Below, one piece after another: positions 18,262 through 28,347 of a stretch of DNA of 64,000 bases. This stretch comes from an uncultured Deferribacteres bacterium. GTDB taxonomy: Bacteria; Zhuqueibacterota; Zhuqueibacteria; Zhuqueibacterales; Geothermadaptataceae. Numbering within the stretch: the stretch's first letter is position 1; the number at the start of each line of letters is the position of its first letter. The translations under genes and the position numbers were made by a program. The notes below the pieces were generated by a model. The model had not been told where the DNA came from and ran no database searches. It saw only the letters and a program-made list of their open reading frames with translations. The stretch lies in contig CAXHAT010000001.1 in the NCBI GenBank assembly GCA_964014485.1, forward strand, positions 32,001-96,000. Reading direction: 5' to 3'.

Positions 18262-20859
18262 ATGCCAAACTACAAAAAGCCGCCAAAATTCGCCGAGTGG
18301 CTGCTCGCGCACATGTTTTCCGATAACGGAGAATCGACCGGCGCCGGAGACGTTGGCGAAGTTTACCAAAGCGTACGACAAGAATACGGGCGGCTTTACG
18401 CTTTCGGCTGGTACTGGCAGCAAACATTGCGAGCGCTGCCGCCTTTTTTCGAAAACACTTTTTATTGGAGCGCCGTGATGTTCAAAAATTATTTCAAAAT
18501 GGCCTGGCGCAGCTTGCTGCGCGACAAGCTTTCGGCAGTGATCAACATCGTTGGGCTGTCGCTTGCCGTCGGCTGCGGACTGGTGGCCTTTTCTTTGGTC
18601 GATCACCAGTACACAATGGATGATTTTCACCAAAACGCTGAATCGGTGTTCGTGGTGCAAAACATCATCAACCGCGACGGGCGTTTGCTGCACTGGGGCG
18701 ACGGACCGTTCCCGATGGCCCCGGCGTTGAAGGCCGATTTCCCGCAAGTAAAAGCTGCGGCGCGCGCCCGCTATCGTCGCGGCGTCGTGCGTTACGGCGA
18801 CAAGGTTTTCAATGAGCGCATCATCTTTGCCGATCCCGATTATTTGGAAATATTGACTTTCCCGTTAAAATGGGGCGACGCGAATCCACTCGAAACCCCA
18901 AACGCCGTCGTGCTAAGTGAAGAAATTGCGATCAAGTATTTTGGCCACACAAATCCAGTCGGCGAGCAAATCGCACTTACTTTCGAAAACCAGCGCACGG
19001 AGAGCTTTTTCGTACAGGGCGTTGCGAAAAATTTTCCGCTCAAGTCGAGCTTCACGTTTACGATTCTTGTTCCATTTGAGGCGCAATTCACCGCCGGAGT
19101 TGTACCGGAAGAAGAGCGAAGCAACTGGGAGCGTTTTACGACGGCCACGTTTGTGCAACTGCACGACGCTCGTGATCTCGCCGTCTTGGAATCGGGGATG
19201 GACAAGTACATAAATCTGCAAAACGCGGTAAGCAAAGATTGGCCGGCGCACGCCTTCCACTTCGAACCGCTCACAACGCTGGCGCAAAACAGTTTCGATA
19301 AGCGTTCGAATTTCGCCAGGGGCGCTCACCCCGCCGGACTCATCACAATTTCCTTGATCGCTCTCATTCTCATCGCATTAGCCTGTTTCAATTACGTCAA
19401 CATCGCCGTTGTTTCGGCAACGCGGCGATTGAAGGAAATCGGCATTCGCAAAGTCGTCGGCAGCAATCGGGGGCAGCTCGTGCGCCAGTTTCTCAGTGAA
19501 AATCTTTTGATTTGTATGATCGCGCTCATTGCGGGGGGCGTGCTGGCGGAATTCATTTTTCTTCCCGGCTTCAATCAACTGCTCGCCGTCGATGGCGTGA
19601 CGTTAGAGCTTGAGTACCTGACCAATCCGGCGCTTTGGGGATTCTTTCTGATTTTGTTAATTTTGACGGGTCTTGGCTCCGGCGCTTACCCGGCGTTCTA
19701 TATTTCTGCATTTAAGCCGGTCAATATATTTCGCGACAAACTGCAATTTGGCAGGAAAAACCGTTTCATGCGCATCCTGCTTGCGTGCCAATTCGCCTTC
19801 TCGTTCATAGCCATTTTCGCCGGAATTGTGATGACGCAAAACGCGCAATACCAGAAAACGCTCGATTGGGGTTACGACCAGGCGCAAACAATCGTCGTGC
19901 CGCTGCAAGGCGAAAAATTCGCGACGCTCAAAAACGAAGTCAGCCAGAATCCGGACGTTATCCAAATCGCCGGATCGCTCATGCATGTTGGCCGCGCCAG
20001 CATACTCAAAGTTGTCAAGCACATCGACAAGCAATATGAAATTAATACAATTGGCGCTGGCTTCAATTATCTCGAAACGCTTGGGCTGCGTTTAAAAAAC
20101 GGGCGTTTTTTCAATCGCGAATTCGGAACGGACGCGCAAGAAGCGCTGATTGTCAACGAAACGTTCGTCAAGCGTCTCGGCTGGGAAAGCGCCTTAAATC
20201 AGCGCGTGGAAGTTGACAGCGTGATGTACAGCGTGGTCGGCGTTGTTGAAGATTTTCATCAGGACGATTTTTACGAGGAGATTCCGCCGATGATGTTTCG
20301 CATAACGCCGGAAGAAAATTTCAGATTTCTTTCAGCGCGCATTCAGGCGGGTCGGGCAATGGAAACGGAAGTTTTTATCGAAGAAACCTGGCGAAGGCTT
20401 TTCCCGGATCAGCCCTACCAGGCGTTTTTTCAAGACAGCTTGTTTGAGGGATTTTTTCGCGAAATTACCGGACACATGCAAATCATGATGTTTACGGCGG
20501 CTCTTGGCTTGATCCTCTCATGCATGGGCTTGTTTGGGTTGGTTTCTTTGAGTGTGGCGAAACGGATGAAGGAGTTGAGCATTCGCAAAGTTCTTGGGGC
20601 GCCGCTTTCGCACGTCATTCGTTTGCTCAACAAAGATTTCGTCTGGCTGCTCGGCGCCGCTTCAATTGTCGGCGCGCCGCTTGGTTATTTTATGATGAAA
20701 AGCCTCATCGAAACGATCTACAAGTACCACGCGACCATAGACGCAACGCCATTCGTTTTGGCCGTCGGCTGTCTTTTTCTCACAGCATTCCTGACGGTTT
20801 CTTCGCAGATTTTTAAAGTGGCTTCGACAAACCCGGTTGACAGCTTGCGCAGCGAGTAG
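18262..20859 (+). CDS. Duplicated MacB/FtsX-type ABC permease (ADOP-like) 3
   Basis: PPKFAEW prefix; RLKEIGIRKVVG, RMKELSIRKVLGA; ends NPVDSLRSE. Confidence 0.92.
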   Translation: MPNYKKPPKFAEWLLAHMFSDNGESTGAGDVGEVYQSVRQEYGRLYAFGWYWQQTLRALPPFFENTFYWSAVMFKNYFKMAWRSLLRDKLSAVINIVGLSLAVGCGLVAFSLVDHQYTMDDFHQNAESVFVVQNIINRDGRLLHWGDGPFPMAPALKADFPQVKAAARARYRRGVVRYGDKVFNERIIFADPDYLEILTFPLKWGDANPLETPNAVVLSEEIAIKYFGHTNPVGEQIALTFENQRTESFFVQGVAKNFPLKSSFTFTILVPFEAQFTAGVVPEEERSNWERFTTATFVQLHDARDLAVLESGMDKYINLQNAVSKDWPAHAFHFEPLTTLAQNSFDKRSNFARGAHPAGLITISLIALILIALACFNYVNIAVVSATRRLKEIGIRKVVGSNRGQLVRQFLSENLLICMIALIAGGVLAEFIFLPGFNQLLAVDGVTLELEYLTNPALWGFFLILLILTGLGSGAYPAFYISAFKPVNIFRDKLQFGRKNRFMRILLACQFAFSFIAIFAGIVMTQNAQYQKTLDWGYDQAQTIVVPLQGEKFATLKNEVSQNPDVIQIAGSLMHVGRASILKVVKHIDKQYEINTIGAGFNYLETLGLRLKNGRFFNREFGTDAQEALIVNETFVKRLGWESALNQRVEVDSVMYSVVGVVEDFHQDDFYEEIPPMMFRITPEENFRFLSARIQAGRAMETEVFIEETWRRLFPDQPYQAFFQDSLFEGFFREITGHMQIMMFTAALGLILSCMGLFGLVSLSVAKRMKELSIRKVLGAPLSHVIRLLNKDFVWLLGAASIVGAPLGYFMMKSLIETIYKYHATIDATPFVLAVGCLFLTAFLTVSSQIFKVASTNPVDSLRSE

Positions 20860-20886
20860 AGTAGCACATTCGATAAACGCGTTGTC

Positions 20887-20914
20887 GTAGAGACGCGATG
20901 CATCGCGTCTCTAC
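20887..20914. repeat. GTAG-type REP palindrome
   Basis: Perfect 28-bp palindrome GTAGAGACGCGATGCATCGCGTCTCTAC between convergent genes. Confidence 0.8.
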
Positions 20915-20929
20915 CCAGGTTAAAATCTA

Positions 20930-22639
20930 TTATTGTTGATACACAATTTTGCCGTCTAAAATTGTATAAACGACTTGCGTTGACGGAATGTCGTCTTCCG
21001 GGATCGTCATGATATCCTGAGACAAAACGACGACGTCGGCCAGCTTGCCGGGGGTGATTGAACCCTTGGAGTCTTCCTCAAACGCTGCGTAAGCGTTGTT
21101 CAAAGTATAGGTTTTTAATGCTTCCTCGCGGGTCAAACTTTGGGCGGGATGAAATTTCTCGCCGTTGTTCATTTTGCGAGCAACGGTCGAGTAAAAACTC
21201 TCGATGGGGCTGACGTCTTCAACAGGAACGTCTGTGCCGTTCGTGATTGTCGCACCGCTGTCCCACAAATCTCTCCAAAGGTACGACGTTTCTTTTGTAC
21301 GCGCATCTCCGAGGCGTTTTGGAATCCATGGGCCGTCGGACGTACAGTGCACGCCTTGCACGGAAGCGATGACGCCGAGTCCTGCGAAACGCGGCACGTC
21401 GTTAGGATGCACGTGTTGCGCATGTTCAATACGCCAGCGCAGATCGTCTGAATTCTCCGCCGTCGCGAAGATTTTTTCATAAATATCCAGCACTTCACGA
21501 TTCGCCCGGTCGCCAATGGCGTGAGTATTGACCTGAAATCCGTGCTCAACGGCGATTTCGCAAGTCCGCGTCACTTCTTCGACTGGCTCCAGAACCAGGC
21601 CGGTGTTATCGGCCAAATCTTCGTACGGCTCCAACAACCAGGCGCCATGCGCGCCCAAAGCGCCGTCAATTTGTCGCTTGATTGAGCGAACGGTCAGAAA
21701 ATCACCGCCGTGACCGATCATGCGATAGCTCGGCAGTTTTTCCGCCATCTCGTCGTTGGTCTGAAAGCGAACCATCACATAAAGGCGAACAGGGAGTTTG
21801 CCGTCATCGGCAAGCATTTTGAAAAAATCGATGGTTTCAAAAGAAGTGCCGGCGTCGTGGAACGTCGTCACGCCTTTTGAGAGCGCTTCTTCACCGGCAA
21901 GACGAACTTGCTCTTCCGCTTCGGCTTGCAGTTCCGCCGGAGACCGGGAAGCCTGATATTCTGCGATGGCTTTTCCAACCAACCCCTGAGCTTTTTCGCG
22001 CAGCAATCCCGTTGGCTCGTTGTTCGCACTGCGGACAATGGTTCCTCCGGAAGGATCGGTGCTGGCGGCTGAGATTCCAGCCGCTTCAAGTGCGGCGGCG
22101 TTGGCGAAAGAAGCATGACCGCTGGCATGACCAAGGTAGACGGGATTTTCTCGCGAGACGGCGGAGAGCGTGTGGTGCGTCGGTACACCGTCGACGCTGC
22201 CGGAAGGCGTGGAGTCCCATTTTTCCTGATGCCAGCCGCGCCCAAAAATCCATTCTCCAGGCTTGGCGTTTTTTGCGGCGTCTGAGACCATTTGCACAAT
22301 TTCGCGCCAATTTTTGACCTTGGTTAAGTCGAGCACCATCTTCGCGCGTCCCAAACTTGTAAAGTGCCCGTGTCCTTCAATAAAGCCGGGGACTGCCAAT
22401 TTGCCGCCCAGATCGACGACTTCCGTCGAGCCGCCAACCATTGCCTGAATTTCCTCGTTTGATCCGACGGCCATGATTTTGTTCCCTGAAATCGCAACGG
22501 CTTGCGCTTCCGGGCGGCTCTCGTCAACCGTGACGATTTTTCCGTTTTTCAAGACGAGATCAGCCTTGTTCGCGCCCTGCTCGCAACCGAAAAACAGCCC
22601 AAGCATAACTGCGAATGCGATGAACATCTTTTTTGACAT
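20930..22639 (-). CDS. YtcJ-like amidohydrolase 3 family lipoprotein
   Basis: GGAGG RBS; lipobox FFG-C; PGFIEGHGH, THAIGD, RIEHAQ, GTDVPV, GSITPGKLAD. Confidence 0.92.
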   Translation of the reverse strand: MSKKMFIAFAVMLGLFFGCEQGANKADLVLKNGKIVTVDESRPEAQAVAISGNKIMAVGSNEEIQAMVGGSTEVVDLGGKLAVPGFIEGHGHFTSLGRAKMVLDLTKVKNWREIVQMVSDAAKNAKPGEWIFGRGWHQEKWDSTPSGSVDGVPTHHTLSAVSRENPVYLGHASGHASFANAAALEAAGISAASTDPSGGTIVRSANNEPTGLLREKAQGLVGKAIAEYQASRSPAELQAEAEEQVRLAGEEALSKGVTTFHDAGTSFETIDFFKMLADDGKLPVRLYVMVRFQTNDEMAEKLPSYRMIGHGGDFLTVRSIKRQIDGALGAHGAWLLEPYEDLADNTGLVLEPVEEVTRTCEIAVEHGFQVNTHAIGDRANREVLDIYEKIFATAENSDDLRWRIEHAQHVHPNDVPRFAGLGVIASVQGVHCTSDGPWIPKRLGDARTKETSYLWRDLWDSGATITNGTDVPVEDVSPIESFYSTVARKMNNGEKFHPAQSLTREEALKTYTLNNAYAAFEEDSKGSITPGKLADVVVLSQDIMTIPEDDIPSTQVVYTILDGKIVYQQ

Positions 22640-22697
22640 TTCCAACCTCCGATTCAATGATAGTTTTTGTATGGCAGCCGGTCGTAATGACTAACCA

Positions 22698-22860
22698 TGT
22701 CATTCCGAGCGAATTTTTCCAAAAATTTTGAGCGCGCTCCTTTCACAGGACGTTTTCCAGGGCTGATGTCCGCCTTCCGAAAGGAGGTTCAAATACGTTC
22801 AAAGCGCCTGTTCCCGGCGGCAAGCCCGCACTCCGATGCAAACTCGCGCTCGGAATGACA
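22698..22860. repeat. REP/MITE-like element with terminal inverted repeats
   Basis: TGTCATTCCGAGCG ... CGCTCGGAATGACA, 163 bp, intergenic. Confidence 0.7.
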
Positions 22861-22905
22861 CGAATAGCAGTTGCCGGTTTAACTGAATTTACACAATATT
22901 TGACG

Positions 22906-23595
22906 TTAAAGTCGGTTGTGATCGGCAAAACTGTAATAGTCGTCGCTGCCGATGATGAGATGATCGACCACATGAACGTCGATGCTGTTGCATGCGTTTT
23001 TGAGGATTTGGGTGACGCGGACGTCAGCTTCGGACGGAGAAGTTTCGCCGCTGGGATGGTTGTGCAGGAAGATAACTTGCGCCGCGCCGGATTGAATGAT
23101 AGACTTAACCACTTCTCGCGGAGCAACCATGCTCTCGGTCACGCTGCCGTGAAACAGCGCCTTTTCTTCAATGACCCGGTTTCGCGAGGTCAAGTGCATC
23201 ACGCTGAAAACTTCTTTCTTCAAATCGCGATATTTCAGATGCACGAGATTGTAAGCGTCCCGGCTTGAGTTCACGGCGGGTTGAAATCCGCTTTCCTGCT
23301 GTGCGAGTCGTTTGCCAATCGCAATGGCGGCTTTGATTTGCGCCGCTTTCGCCACGCCAATGCCGGGCACTTCGGTAACGTCTTCAATGTCGATTCGATC
23401 AATTCCGCGAAAGCCGCCGCATTGCTGCAAAATTTTGCGCGCCAAATCGATAGCGGAAAGGTTTTTCACGCCAACGCGCAGAATAATCGCAAGCAGTTCC
23501 GCGTCTGAAAGCGCTTCAGGCCCAAGCTTCGTCAGTTTTTCTCGCGGGCGGTCATCTTCCGGCCAGTCCGCAATGCGTGTACGATACATTTGCAC
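22906..23595 (-). CDS. radC: RadC (HhH + JAB domain) protein
   Basis: DRPREKL...LSDAELLAIIL; GIGVAKA; HNHPSG..PS..D; VVDHLII. Confidence 0.95.
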   Translation of the reverse strand: MQMYRTRIADWPEDDRPREKLTKLGPEALSDAELLAIILRVGVKNLSAIDLARKILQQCGGFRGIDRIDIEDVTEVPGIGVAKAAQIKAAIAIGKRLAQQESGFQPAVNSSRDAYNLVHLKYRDLKKEVFSVMHLTSRNRVIEEKALFHGSVTESMVAPREVVKSIIQSGAAQVIFLHNHPSGETSPSEADVRVTQILKNACNSIDVHVVDHLIIGSDDYYSFADHNRL

Positions 23596-23637
23596 CTACT
23601 TTTGCGTCGCCCCAAAGCAGGCAAGGCTCATTCTTAA

Positions 23638-26184
23638 TCAATCGAGGTTTTTCCAGTAAATCAAGCCAAGCTCGTGTCTGTGCGAAAGCGTGTTGTCTTT
23701 GGGTGAAACGCGAAGTTTAAAGTTGCTCTCGCCATTGATCTCCGTTTCGGCGTAAAGCGTAAAATGCGCCGACGTATGATCGGGAGCGCCGTTTTTCAGC
23801 GGCAAAACAAACGGCTCCTTTTTCGCGCCGTTGAGTTCATCGGCGCAATACAGCTCGACCTGCACTTGATTCGGCGCCAAATCACCCAAATACAAATCCG
23901 CTTTTACGTCGACGATGCTTTTGTCGCCGTTACGCTCAATATTCGACCAAATAGAGACAAAATGCACCAGCGGCCAATTGTCCCGCAACATCGCTTTTCG
24001 ATTAAAAAATTCTTCAGACGCGCCTGCTTCAAGAGCTAAAGCGCGTCCGCGCACGATGGCCGGAGCATAAAGCTTCTGAAAATAGTTTTGCACCATCGTA
24101 TGCGTGTTGAACGCCGGCGTTACGGTCGCCATTGACGATTTGATCAACTTTTCCCAGCTCCTGCCGTCATCAAATGCGCCGTCGTAATAGAGTGGAGAAA
24201 TTTCATTTTCCAGCATTTCATAAAGCGAGATCATGTCCTCATAATCTTGCGCGTCCCTATCATCGTAACGCAACGGCGAACCGATCTTCCAGCCGTTCTG
24301 ACCGTCATAAGCTTCGGGCCACCATCCGTCGAGAATGCTAAAATTGGCGCCTGCGTTGATCGGAACTTTTTGGCCGCTGGTGCCGCTGGCTTCCTGCGGA
24401 CGACGCGGATTGTTGAGCCAGACGTCCACGCCCTGCACCAACATTCTGCCCATCGCCATATCGTAATTTTCGAGAATAACGATTTTTCCTCGAAATTCAT
24501 CCCGCTGGGAAATGTTCCAGATTTCACGAATAAGCGCTTGTCCCATTTGGTCAGCCGGGTGCGCCTTACCCGCAAAAATAAACTGGACCGGTCGGTCTGG
24601 ATTATTGACAATTTTGTTCAACCGTTCCAGATCACGAAACATGAGCGTTGCACGTTTGTAGGTTGCGAACCGTCGTGCAAATCCAATTGTCAGCGCGTCG
24701 GGATTCATCGTGTGAGCGGCGCTTTGTATTTCTTCATCACTGCGACCATGCCGCCTCGCCTGCTCAACTCGCCTCCGAGCGATAAACTGAAATAACCTTT
24801 CTTTGCACCCCCGTTTGGCACGGTTAAGTTCATCAAAAGGAATTTCCTGAATTTTAGCCCAAAAATCATTGTCCGGTAAATGGTCTTCCCAATTTTCAGC
24901 CAAAAACCGTGAGTAGAGATCGGCGATTTCCGGTGCAATCCATGTCCGGGTATGAATGCCGTTGGTAACGCCCGTGATTGGATTTTCGTACTGCGGCACG
25001 TCCGGCCAAAGGTGCGCCCACATTTCTTGTGACACGCGCTTGTGCAGCATACTGACTCCATTGCTTGCGCTGCTCAAACGAAGCGCAAAAACAGTCATGC
25101 TGAAAAACTTTTCGCCATGCTCCCCAGACTGCACGCCGAGCTTCATGAAGTCGCGCAAATTGATGTTGCGATCGCCGCAAAACTGTCGGAAATACTTGTC
25201 GATGAGCGGCAGCGAAAAGGCTTCGTTGCCTGCAGGAACCGGCGTATGTGTGGTAAAAACCGTATTTGCCCTCACGATCTCACAGGCTTTTTCAAACGTC
25301 GTGTGTTCTTCGGCCATGCATTCGTGGACGCGCTGCAAATTTAAAAACGCCACATGTCCTTCGTTCATATGCCAAACGGCAGGTTCGATTTCCAGCGCTC
25401 GCAAGAGGTGAACCCCGCCGACCCCAAGCAGAATTTCCTGCGAAATGCGCATCTCGCGATCACCGCCGTAAAGTTGGTGCGTTATCGATCGATCCGCGTC
25501 GTTGTTTTGTTCAAAATCCGTGTCCAGCAAAAGCAGTTTTGAGCGTCCCGCCTCCGCCAACCAAACACGCGCCGCCACGCGCCGTTCAGGAAAATCTACG
25601 GAAATGATTAAATCGCTCCCGTCATTGGCATGAATGCGACGCACTGGAAGCTGGTCAAAATCAAAAGTGTGGTAGACGGCGTGCTGGTTGCCTTCGCCGT
25701 CAATTTGCTGCAAAAAATACCCGTTTCGATAAAGCATGCCGATAGCGACGAACGGCAAGCCAAGATCGCTGGCGGATTTCAAATGATCTCCGGCCAATAC
25801 GCCTAACCCGCCTGAGTAAATCGGCAGACATTCGTGAATGCCGTATTCCGTGCAAAAATAAGCAATTACGTCGTCTTGTTTGTCGGCGTGATTTTGCTGC
25901 AGCCATGCGCTTTTCGAAAGTTCATTTTGCAGCATCGCGGAAACGCTTGAGAGCTGCGTCAAGAAAGCGTTGTCATTCGCCAAATTTTGCAGACGCTCCT
26001 CAGAAGTCGCTCGGAGCATTGCGACAGGGTTTTGAGATTCTTGCCAGAATTCGGGGTTTATCGATTCGAAAAGCCTTTTCGGCTCTTCCCGCCAAGTCCA
26101 CCAGAGATTATAGGCCAGCGCTTCCAGGTCGCGAAGGGCTTCCGGGAGTTTGAGATTCGTATCCGCAACGTTCAGATTATTCAT
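23638..26184 (-). CDS. glgP: Alpha-glucan (glycogen) phosphorylase
   Basis: YSGGLGVLAGDHLK, HMNEGH, FTTHTP, FARRFATYKRA, EASGTSGQK (PLP Lys). Confidence 0.95.
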   Translation of the reverse strand: MNNLNVADTNLKLPEALRDLEALAYNLWWTWREEPKRLFESINPEFWQESQNPVAMLRATSEERLQNLANDNAFLTQLSSVSAMLQNELSKSAWLQQNHADKQDDVIAYFCTEYGIHECLPIYSGGLGVLAGDHLKSASDLGLPFVAIGMLYRNGYFLQQIDGEGNQHAVYHTFDFDQLPVRRIHANDGSDLIISVDFPERRVAARVWLAEAGRSKLLLLDTDFEQNNDADRSITHQLYGGDREMRISQEILLGVGGVHLLRALEIEPAVWHMNEGHVAFLNLQRVHECMAEEHTTFEKACEIVRANTVFTTHTPVPAGNEAFSLPLIDKYFRQFCGDRNINLRDFMKLGVQSGEHGEKFFSMTVFALRLSSASNGVSMLHKRVSQEMWAHLWPDVPQYENPITGVTNGIHTRTWIAPEIADLYSRFLAENWEDHLPDNDFWAKIQEIPFDELNRAKRGCKERLFQFIARRRVEQARRHGRSDEEIQSAAHTMNPDALTIGFARRFATYKRATLMFRDLERLNKIVNNPDRPVQFIFAGKAHPADQMGQALIREIWNISQRDEFRGKIVILENYDMAMGRMLVQGVDVWLNNPRRPQEASGTSGQKVPINAGANFSILDGWWPEAYDGQNGWKIGSPLRYDDRDAQDYEDMISLYEMLENEISPLYYDGAFDDGRSWEKLIKSSMATVTPAFNTHTMVQNYFQKLYAPAIVRGRALALEAGASEEFFNRKAMLRDNWPLVHFVSIWSNIERNGDKSIVDVKADLYLGDLAPNQVQVELYCADELNGAKKEPFVLPLKNGAPDHTSAHFTLYAETEINGESNFKLRVSPKDNTLSHRHELGLIYWKNLD

Positions 26185-26194
26185 GAATTCCCTT

Positions 26195-26425
26195 TCATAC
26201 AAAAATATTCCAGAATGTCGTTCCGGCAAGTCCGAGCCAGAGCACGATTATAGCAATCCAACGAGAAAGATTATTTGGGGTTCGCAGCCAAAGCAGGACA
26301 GTAAAAAGGCCGCCGAGTACTAATTTATGCGTCATAGACAAAGCAGCGCCCGAGGAGAGCAAAACGCCAATGACGAGGATGCAGAGCCCTAAAAATACAA
26401 ATTTTTCTTTTTTAGCTTCGTTCAA
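26195..26425 (-). CDS. Small membrane protein (about 3 TM)
   Basis: 76-aa hydrophobic ORF ending 10 nt before the glgP ATG. Confidence 0.55.
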   Translation of the reverse strand: MNEAKKEKFVFLGLCILVIGVLLSSGAALSMTHKLVLGGLFTVLLWLRTPNNLSRWIAIIVLWLGLAGTTFWNIFV

Positions 26426-26500
26426 TCAAGAGTCCGTTTATTTCATTCGCTACCTGACACTTTTTGTATAGCCTTCTAAGACTGGCGAAAGAGGCCTGAA

Positions 26501-26593
26501 TTGTCATGCTGAAAGCATCTTTATTGATCCGACCCTTGAACTTTTGAGCATGATCTGTACTGGGCGATAACAAAGATTCCTTCAGAATGACAA
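26501..26593. repeat. REP-like inverted repeat (GTCAT family)
   Basis: TTGTCATGCTGAA ... TTCAGAATGACAA. Confidence 0.6.
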
Positions 26594-26672
26594 AATGAAG
26601 CCCTTCGACGGTTCGAAAATGCAGTTTACAAAAAAGTGTCAGGTAGTGAATTATTTCAATCACAAAATTCAA

Positions 26673-27581
26673 CTACGCGGGTCGATAGCCCAACTGATCC
26701 AGCATGCTTTCTTTCTCGCGCCATTTCGGGCGCACGAGAACAACCAACTCGAGATAAACGGGCTTTTGCAAAAATTTTTCAATATCCGCCCGCGAGGTCG
26801 CGCCTGCTCTTTTTAAAGCGCTCCCGCCCTTGCCAATCAAAATGCCTTTTTGCGAATCACGCTCGACAAAAATGGCCGCTCGAATGTAGGTTTTGCCCTT
26901 TTTCCGCTCCTTGAATTCCTCAATTTCCACCGTCGTTGAGTAAGGAATTTCCTCGCCGTAAGACATGAATATTTTTTCTCGAACAATTTCAGAAACGAAA
27001 AAACGCTCAGGCGCGGTGGTAAGTTGATCAGGCGGATAGAGCGGCGGAGACTTGGGCAAGTTCTTTTTGATGGTTTGCAAAAGCGAATCGACGCCGTCAC
27101 TTTTGATGGCGGAAACGGGAATGATCTCAGCGCCGCTCTTTATTTTCGCGAAACGCTCGATCATCGGCAGCAATTTTTCTTTGGCAACGAGATCGATCTT
27201 GTTCAGGCAAATGATCGTCGGCTTATCGTATTTCGAAAATTTTTCAAGTATTTGTTCGTTAGCCAAACCGTCGGCGTCTTTTACATCGATCATGAAGACC
27301 AGAAGATCGGCGCCCGCGGCTGCATTTTCAGCGGCGCGAACGAGGAACTCATGTAATTTATATCTTGGCGAGATCACGCCCGGCGTATCGAAAAAAATCA
27401 TTTGCGAATCATCATCGCTGTGAATGCCAAGAATCTTGTGTCGGGTCGTTTGCGGCTTCGGCGTGACGATGGAAAGCTTGAATTTGAGAATATTATTCAA
27501 CAGGGTCGACTTTCCGACGTTCGGCCTGCCCAAAAGAGCGACATAGCCGCAGCGAAATTCTGGGTTCTGTTTCTCGTTCAT
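26673..27581 (-). CDS. era: GTPase Era
   Basis: GRPNVGKS, PQTTR, DTPG, NKID; KH domain with ILIGKGG. Confidence 0.97.
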   Translation of the reverse strand: MNEKQNPEFRCGYVALLGRPNVGKSTLLNNILKFKLSIVTPKPQTTRHKILGIHSDDDSQMIFFDTPGVISPRYKLHEFLVRAAENAAAGADLLVFMIDVKDADGLANEQILEKFSKYDKPTIICLNKIDLVAKEKLLPMIERFAKIKSGAEIIPVSAIKSDGVDSLLQTIKKNLPKSPPLYPPDQLTTAPERFFVSEIVREKIFMSYGEEIPYSTTVEIEEFKERKKGKTYIRAAIFVERDSQKGILIGKGGSALKRAGATSRADIEKFLQKPVYLELVVLVRPKWREKESMLDQLGYRPA

Positions 27582-28228
27582 CGATCCCTCACGCAACGAA
27601 ATCCAACCATCGGCGAGCGCGCTTCCACAAGAACTGTGTCGGCGTCTTCCGGGCGCGCAAAAACCAGTTCGCCGTTTTTAAGCGTAAACCCGCCCTTGAC
27701 GATAGCAGCCAATGCGCCGTTTTCCAAACGCAGCGTATCCGCCGTCCATTCCCAGGCGTTGCTCGCCATGTTGACCATTCCCAACGGCGTACGATCACGC
27801 CAAAATTTCCCGACGCGAAAAAGCATCGTCGTATCTTCATCGATAAACTCAGAAGTCTGCTCGATGGCGTCCCAGGCAGTGAATTCGTTTTTGCGCGCTT
27901 TGCGAGCGAACTCCCATTCCGCAGCGGTCGGCAGGCGTTTGCCCGCCCATTTTGCGTAGGCGGCGGCTTCGCCCCAGGTTACGCCAACCACTGGAAAATC
28001 CTCTTTGCCTTTGTCATACTCATGTTTCTCATTGAAGCGCCAGAACCGGCCGTTCGTCACCTCGTATTTATCCATCGAAAACGATCTTTTGGATTTGTCG
28101 GGATAATTTACACGACGCATGGCCTCAAGATCCGGGACGGGCGCTGACGTCTTCGTATACTTCCAGATGTTCAAACCAAACCCTGCGAGAATGAAGGCCA
28201 TGACGGCGTAGAAAAGAGATGCTTTCAT
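27578..28228 (-). CDS. FGE-sulfatase (SUMF1/EgtB/PvdO-like) domain protein
   Basis: MDKYEVTN, PVVGVTW, KRLPTAAEWE, NAWEW, GFRC; N-terminal TM; ATGA overlap with era. Confidence 0.85.
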   Translation of the reverse strand: MKASLFYAVMAFILAGFGLNIWKYTKTSAPVPDLEAMRRVNYPDKSKRSFSMDKYEVTNGRFWRFNEKHEYDKGKEDFPVVGVTWGEAAAYAKWAGKRLPTAAEWEFARKARKNEFTAWDAIEQTSEFIDEDTTMLFRVGKFWRDRTPLGMVNMASNAWEWTADTLRLENGALAAIVKGGFTLKNGELVFARPEDADTVLVEARSPMVGFRCVRDR

Positions 28229-28347
28229 GAAAGACTTCGGTCTTGGAATGATAGAATTTCGGACTTTCGAAGCATTGGTGATTTAAATAAAAATCCAGCC
28301 TTCCGCTACGCCAAGCGTCGCAAAAGTTTTCGAGAACCGCTGCGTGG

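Noticed and set aside
22743..23126. 127-aa minus-strand ORF overlapping radC
   Set aside because: It is an alternative frame of radC running into a repeat element.
22906..23595. radC as a mobile-element marker
   Set aside because: It is the full-length HhH+JAB chromosomal type next to glgP, with no integrase or att site seen.
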